DNA from: a virus
DNA length: 64,000 bases
Direction: 5' to 3' (one strand)
IMG/VR virus record: IMGVR_UViG_3300034072_000578
Coordinates: 44,413 to 108,412 of that record
Positions 60,904 to 64,000 of this stretch are shown piece by piece (the first letter of the stretch is position 1; the number at the start of each line of letters is the position of its first letter). The translations under genes were made by a program, and so were the position numbers. The notes below the pieces were generated by a model that saw only the letters and a list, made by a program, of their open reading frames with translations, was not told the DNA's origin and did not search any database.

Positions 60904-62033
60904 TATTCGTAATCTCTTACGCCGTGGAAGATTGGAAACAGGGGGACGCCTGCCGCCGTCTCATCGAAGTAGACAACCGTTCCAAGTTTGCCGATAACCT
61001 CGTATCGCTTAGCTAGGAGGGCCGCGCCTTCTTCCTTGGTGCCTTTGAAGCCAGCCCCGAACGTATCGTCGCCCTTGGCTGTTAAAACGCCTGCGGGAAG
61101 CTTTAGGGTGATGATTTTGGCTGCGGTGGACCAATTGCCCTTGCCCGGTTCGATATTGACGATTTCGAACTCCGCGTCCTTGAAATCCTTATATTTCATA
61201 AGGGAGTAAGTGCGCTTGTTCTCGTAGTCCGCATCTAGACGGATCATGGTGCCTTCATAACCTAGCTTTAGGTTACGCTGGTGAAGGCCAATAATGGTCT
61301 TGATATCAGTTGAAGCCCAAGTAGGACTGCGACGGATGATTTTGTTTTCTGGAATTAAGGCTGCGAACTCTTCTTCAAGAGCCTGCCAGCGCTTAGAGAA
61401 TGAAGCATCATATGATGGGTAATCATAGATATGTAACTCTACCACCGATGCCGCTAGAGCAATGGTTTCTTCGGTAGGCTTTTGCTTCTTAATTGAGCTA
61501 ATTAGCTTTTCGAAATCCGACTTGAAATCATGGTTATATAATTCGCCATCTAATATCGCATCTGGATTCTTAGCGAAGAAAGGCTTTAGCTCTTCTTCAA
61601 TATGCGGACAGTTGACGAACTTCTTACCCTTACGTGACCACAAACCATCCTTATTAGCGATACAGCGAACGCCGTTATGTTTGGGCTGGATATAGAAGGT
61701 TTCGCCTGCAATAAGCCGGTCTGGCTCAAACGGCTTTGCTAGCATTGGCTCAAAGAACCCGCGATCATCATCGACTGCTGCTAGCTTCTCAAAGTAGCCT
61801 GACTGTTCAAGCTTCTTCTTATATTTAGCTAGCATTTCTAGCTCTGCCTGTTCTTGGGCAGTAGTCTCGTTGGCTTTACCAACGTTCTTAGGCTTTGCTA
61901 CGGTCCATTCTGAGACGACTAATTTACCGTCTTGTTGGCCGGAAGTGGTGCGGTATTTACCGCCTTCCACTTCCATAAACCAAATCTGAACCGCTCCTGT
62001 TGATGTTCTTTTATAGAGCGTCTTAAACTTCAT
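60903..62033 (-). CDS. ATP-dependent DNA ligase
   Basis: PMLA, QPKHNGVRC, LDGELY, EGTMIR, KR...L.KYK. Confidence 0.93.
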   Translation of the reverse strand: MKFKTLYKRTSTGAVQIWFMEVEGGKYRTTSGQQDGKLVVSEWTVAKPKNVGKANETTAQEQAELEMLAKYKKKLEQSGYFEKLAAVDDDRGFFEPMLAKPFEPDRLIAGETFYIQPKHNGVRCIANKDGLWSRKGKKFVNCPHIEEELKPFFAKNPDAILDGELYNHDFKSDFEKLISSIKKQKPTEETIALAASVVELHIYDYPSYDASFSKRWQALEEEFAALIPENKIIRRSPTWASTDIKTIIGLHQRNLKLGYEGTMIRLDADYENKRTYSLMKYKDFKDAEFEIVNIEPGKGNWSTAAKIITLKLPAGVLTAKGDDTFGAGFKGTKEEGAALLAKRYEVIGKLGTVVYFDETAAGVPLFPIFHGVRDYE

Positions 62034-62195
62034 TAAGCAACTTCTTCCTCGATAATTTCGGCTAACTCGCCTAGATCGAATTCACCCCGGATACGGGCAA
62101 TGCCGTCAGTGTCGATAACTACCGACTGGTTATTGTCACTGGCATAGTTTAGGAACCAGTTGCCGATGATGTCTAGAATGTCGTTATAGCTCATG

Positions 62196-63152
62196 TTAAA
62201 TCTCTCTAATGTCGTTTACTGATACGTTCGGAAGACCATCGCCGTTAAGGATGGCTTTTAGGTTCGACTTCATGATGTTGTCGTGATACTCGATTAAGGT
62301 TTTGTCCTTAACGATGGTTTCATTACGCCAACCACCATGCGCAATCTTGGTCTGTAGAGGACGGTCGATTACGACGTAGCGAACCTTATATTCGGGCGGA
62401 AGCAACTTAGCTGCCTTAACCCTGTCCGCTGTCTTAACATGCGTGGCGTCAAGCACAACCGGTAGTCCCAACCTTAGTCTTTCTTTTGCTAGCTGGTGCA
62501 TAGCTTCGAAGACTCTTTCATTCTGCGATTGGTCCCTCATGTCGCCTGTTAGGGTTTCTCTTAGGACATCGCTTGAGATTACCATCTGCCCAAATGCTGG
62601 TAGAGCATTAATGAACTTGTTTAGGTAAGTGGTCTTACCCGCACCTGATGGGCCTACTAGGATGGTTAGTGGATGCTCAACTTCTGGATGGAAGTTATAC
62701 TGGTCTAGGAAAGTTTCTTTTGCGTCGCACTGTAGGACAAATAGCCCTTCCTTGCGCCACATATCGACAACCGACTGCCGGTCATCAAAGACCAACCAAG
62801 GCTCTCTGCCGTCCGCTCGCATCTGGTCGAGCATTTCACGCTTTACAACGTAATCGGCTCTCATATCGCCTGCTGGACGCATATACAGCTTGTCATACTT
62901 GACACCGTATTTAGCCATCCACTCTTCGGTATCTTTACGCTCGTTTTCGGAGCGACCGGAGCTTAGAACGATGTCGAAAGCTTTTGAGTGGGCTAGTAGA
63001 CCATTTAGGAATATGGTCTGTTCGATTGGCAGGTCATCTTTGCAACCTGCTAGAAACTTTTCCCAATTCTTAGGGAAGCTATTAACGTAGTGTAGACGAT
63101 GGTTTAAATCTGCTAACGTGCCGTCAATGTCGAAAATGATTGTTTTCTTCAC
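62196..63152 (-). CDS. polynucleotide 3'-phosphatase/5'-kinase with the phosphatase domain N-terminal
   Basis: DIDGTLA, SGR, LYMR..D.R.D..VK, FDDR..VV..WR; then GPSGAGKT, SSD..R, DAT. Confidence 0.88.
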   Translation of the reverse strand: MKKTIIFDIDGTLADLNHRLHYVNSFPKNWEKFLAGCKDDLPIEQTIFLNGLLAHSKAFDIVLSSGRSENERKDTEEWMAKYGVKYDKLYMRPAGDMRADYVVKREMLDQMRADGREPWLVFDDRQSVVDMWRKEGLFVLQCDAKETFLDQYNFHPEVEHPLTILVGPSGAGKTTYLNKFINALPAFGQMVISSDVLRETLTGDMRDQSQNERVFEAMHQLAKERLRLGLPVVLDATHVKTADRVKAAKLLPPEYKVRYVVIDRPLQTKIAHGGWRNETIVKDKTLIEYHDNIMKSNLKAILNGDGLPNVSVNDIREI

Positions 63153-63334
63153 TTAAATACCTTTGATAAAATGTATGCCGAAATTGGGAACATCAATAGC
63201 GCCCAACCAACGCTAATGCTGACAAATGGGAGGAAATTAATTAGGAAGACGATAGCTACCGCCGCAAGCGTGATGAAGCTGGCTAGCATTATTGCCACGA
63301 AACCCTCTAGACCTTCAAACATATTAGTCCTCAT
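63149..63334 (-). CDS. small membrane protein
   Basis: Two TMs. Confidence 0.5.
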   Translation of the reverse strand: MRTNMFEGLEGFVAIMLASFITLAAVAIVFLINFLPFVSISVGWALLMFPISAYILSKVFK

Positions 63335-63430
63335 CGTAATACCAGTGATTGTGTAGTAGTTCGCGGCGGACTTCCGCTAGCTCTTTCTTAAGCTGCTGTA
63401 ATCGTGCGAACAGGTATTTGAAGCGTTCGT

Positions 63431-63637
63431 TCATTCGTCACCTACTGTAATGGTTACTGTGGTCGGCTCTTGACTTACTAGCTGGGTGCTTCCCCAATGG
63501 ATATAACCAGCAAAACCACCCACCATCACCACAACGTAAGCTATCGCAGTTAATTCCCACCCCGCATCAAGAAAGAAAATAAGTGGCATAACTATCAATA
63601 AAAGAACAACAGCGCCTATAATAATTGAACTAACCAT
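63431..63637 (-). CDS. small membrane protein
   Basis: Two TMs. Confidence 0.5.
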   Translation of the reverse strand: MVSSIIIGAVVLLLIVMPLIFFLDAGWELTAIAYVVVMVGGFAGYIHWGSTQLVSQEPTTVTITVGDE

Positions 63638-64000
63638 AGGGAACCTCTATAACTCGAATGCCAGCTTTCTTTGATCGCTGGATCATGTCCTTTGTGCCAG
63701 AACCACCGGGAAACGCAATGACTAGTGTAGGTTTGTCTTCATCTAGCATCTGCTGGTTTCTTATTGGCCCTGCTCTGTTACCGTCTCTCTTCCAGTTAGC
63801 GGGCTTAGCTGATACGGTAATGCCTTTGGCTTCTGCCCATTGCCCCGCCAGCCTATCAGCGCCTCTTGCTGCACCATGGATGATACATTCTATTTCATAC
63901 TTCTTAGCGGCAGCGTCTAGAACTTTCTTTAGAAAAGCTGCTTGCTTGGCCGCTAGTAGTTTTGCAGCCTCGTATCCGCTATACGGTGGATCGAAGGGGA
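63630..64000 (-). CDS. SLOG/YspA-like (DUF2493) protein, N-terminus outside the window
   Basis: IIHGAARGAD.LA..WA...A.W...G..AGPIRNQQML....AFPGG.GT.DM. Confidence 0.85.
   Translation of the reverse strand, partial: PFDPPYSGYEAAKLLAAKQAAFLKKVLDAAAKKYEIECIIHGAARGADRLAGQWAEAKGITVSAKPANWKRDGNRAGPIRNQQMLDEDKPTLVIAFPGGSGTKDMIQRSKKAGIRVIEVPYG

Noticed and set aside
1-64000. Genome-wide stop-codon reassignment (TAG recoding), suggested by frequent TAG trinucleotides and a CUA-containing tRNA
   Set aside because: Conserved genes (nrdA, nrdB, ligases, SbcCD, NAMPT) are full length under the standard code and several genes end in TAG; the TAGs are mostly out-of-frame CTA-G

Overview
This is a 64-kb piece of a large lytic dsDNA phage genome with T5/phiCbK-like organisation. 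The host is probably an alphaproteobacterium, inferred from GANTC-containing sigma70 promoters, a CtrA-type box and a tRNA-His with discriminator A73. (1) 1-18.9 kb, mostly + strand: a dense tRNA cluster interleaved with a GH19 endolysin, HNH endonucleases and several structured ncRNAs. It also holds an MT-A70 methyltransferase, an HD hydrolase, a leader-peptide-controlled Pth2-like operon, a vWA-TerB-TerC operon, a GOLLD-like giant RNA with an embedded tRNA-Lys, and a tandem array of CCA-ended tRNA mimics. Across the whole window the tRNAs cover all 20 amino acids. (2) About 18.9-26.8 kb: a gene-poor, promoter-rich segment that looks like a terminal repeat / pre-early region (DUF932 and DUF2786 genes). 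It carries a consensus parS site, a sigma54 site and periodic gyrase-site-like elements. (3) 26.8-64 kb, - strand: small early genes, five more tRNAs, and nucleotide/NAD/repair genes (dCMP deaminases, DEDDh exonuclease, two RNA ligases, PNKP, ThyX, NrdAB, RuvC-like, SbcCD, NAMPT + NMNAT-Nudix, DNA ligase, orphan HigA). All calls come from reading motifs by eye; no database search or folding program was run.
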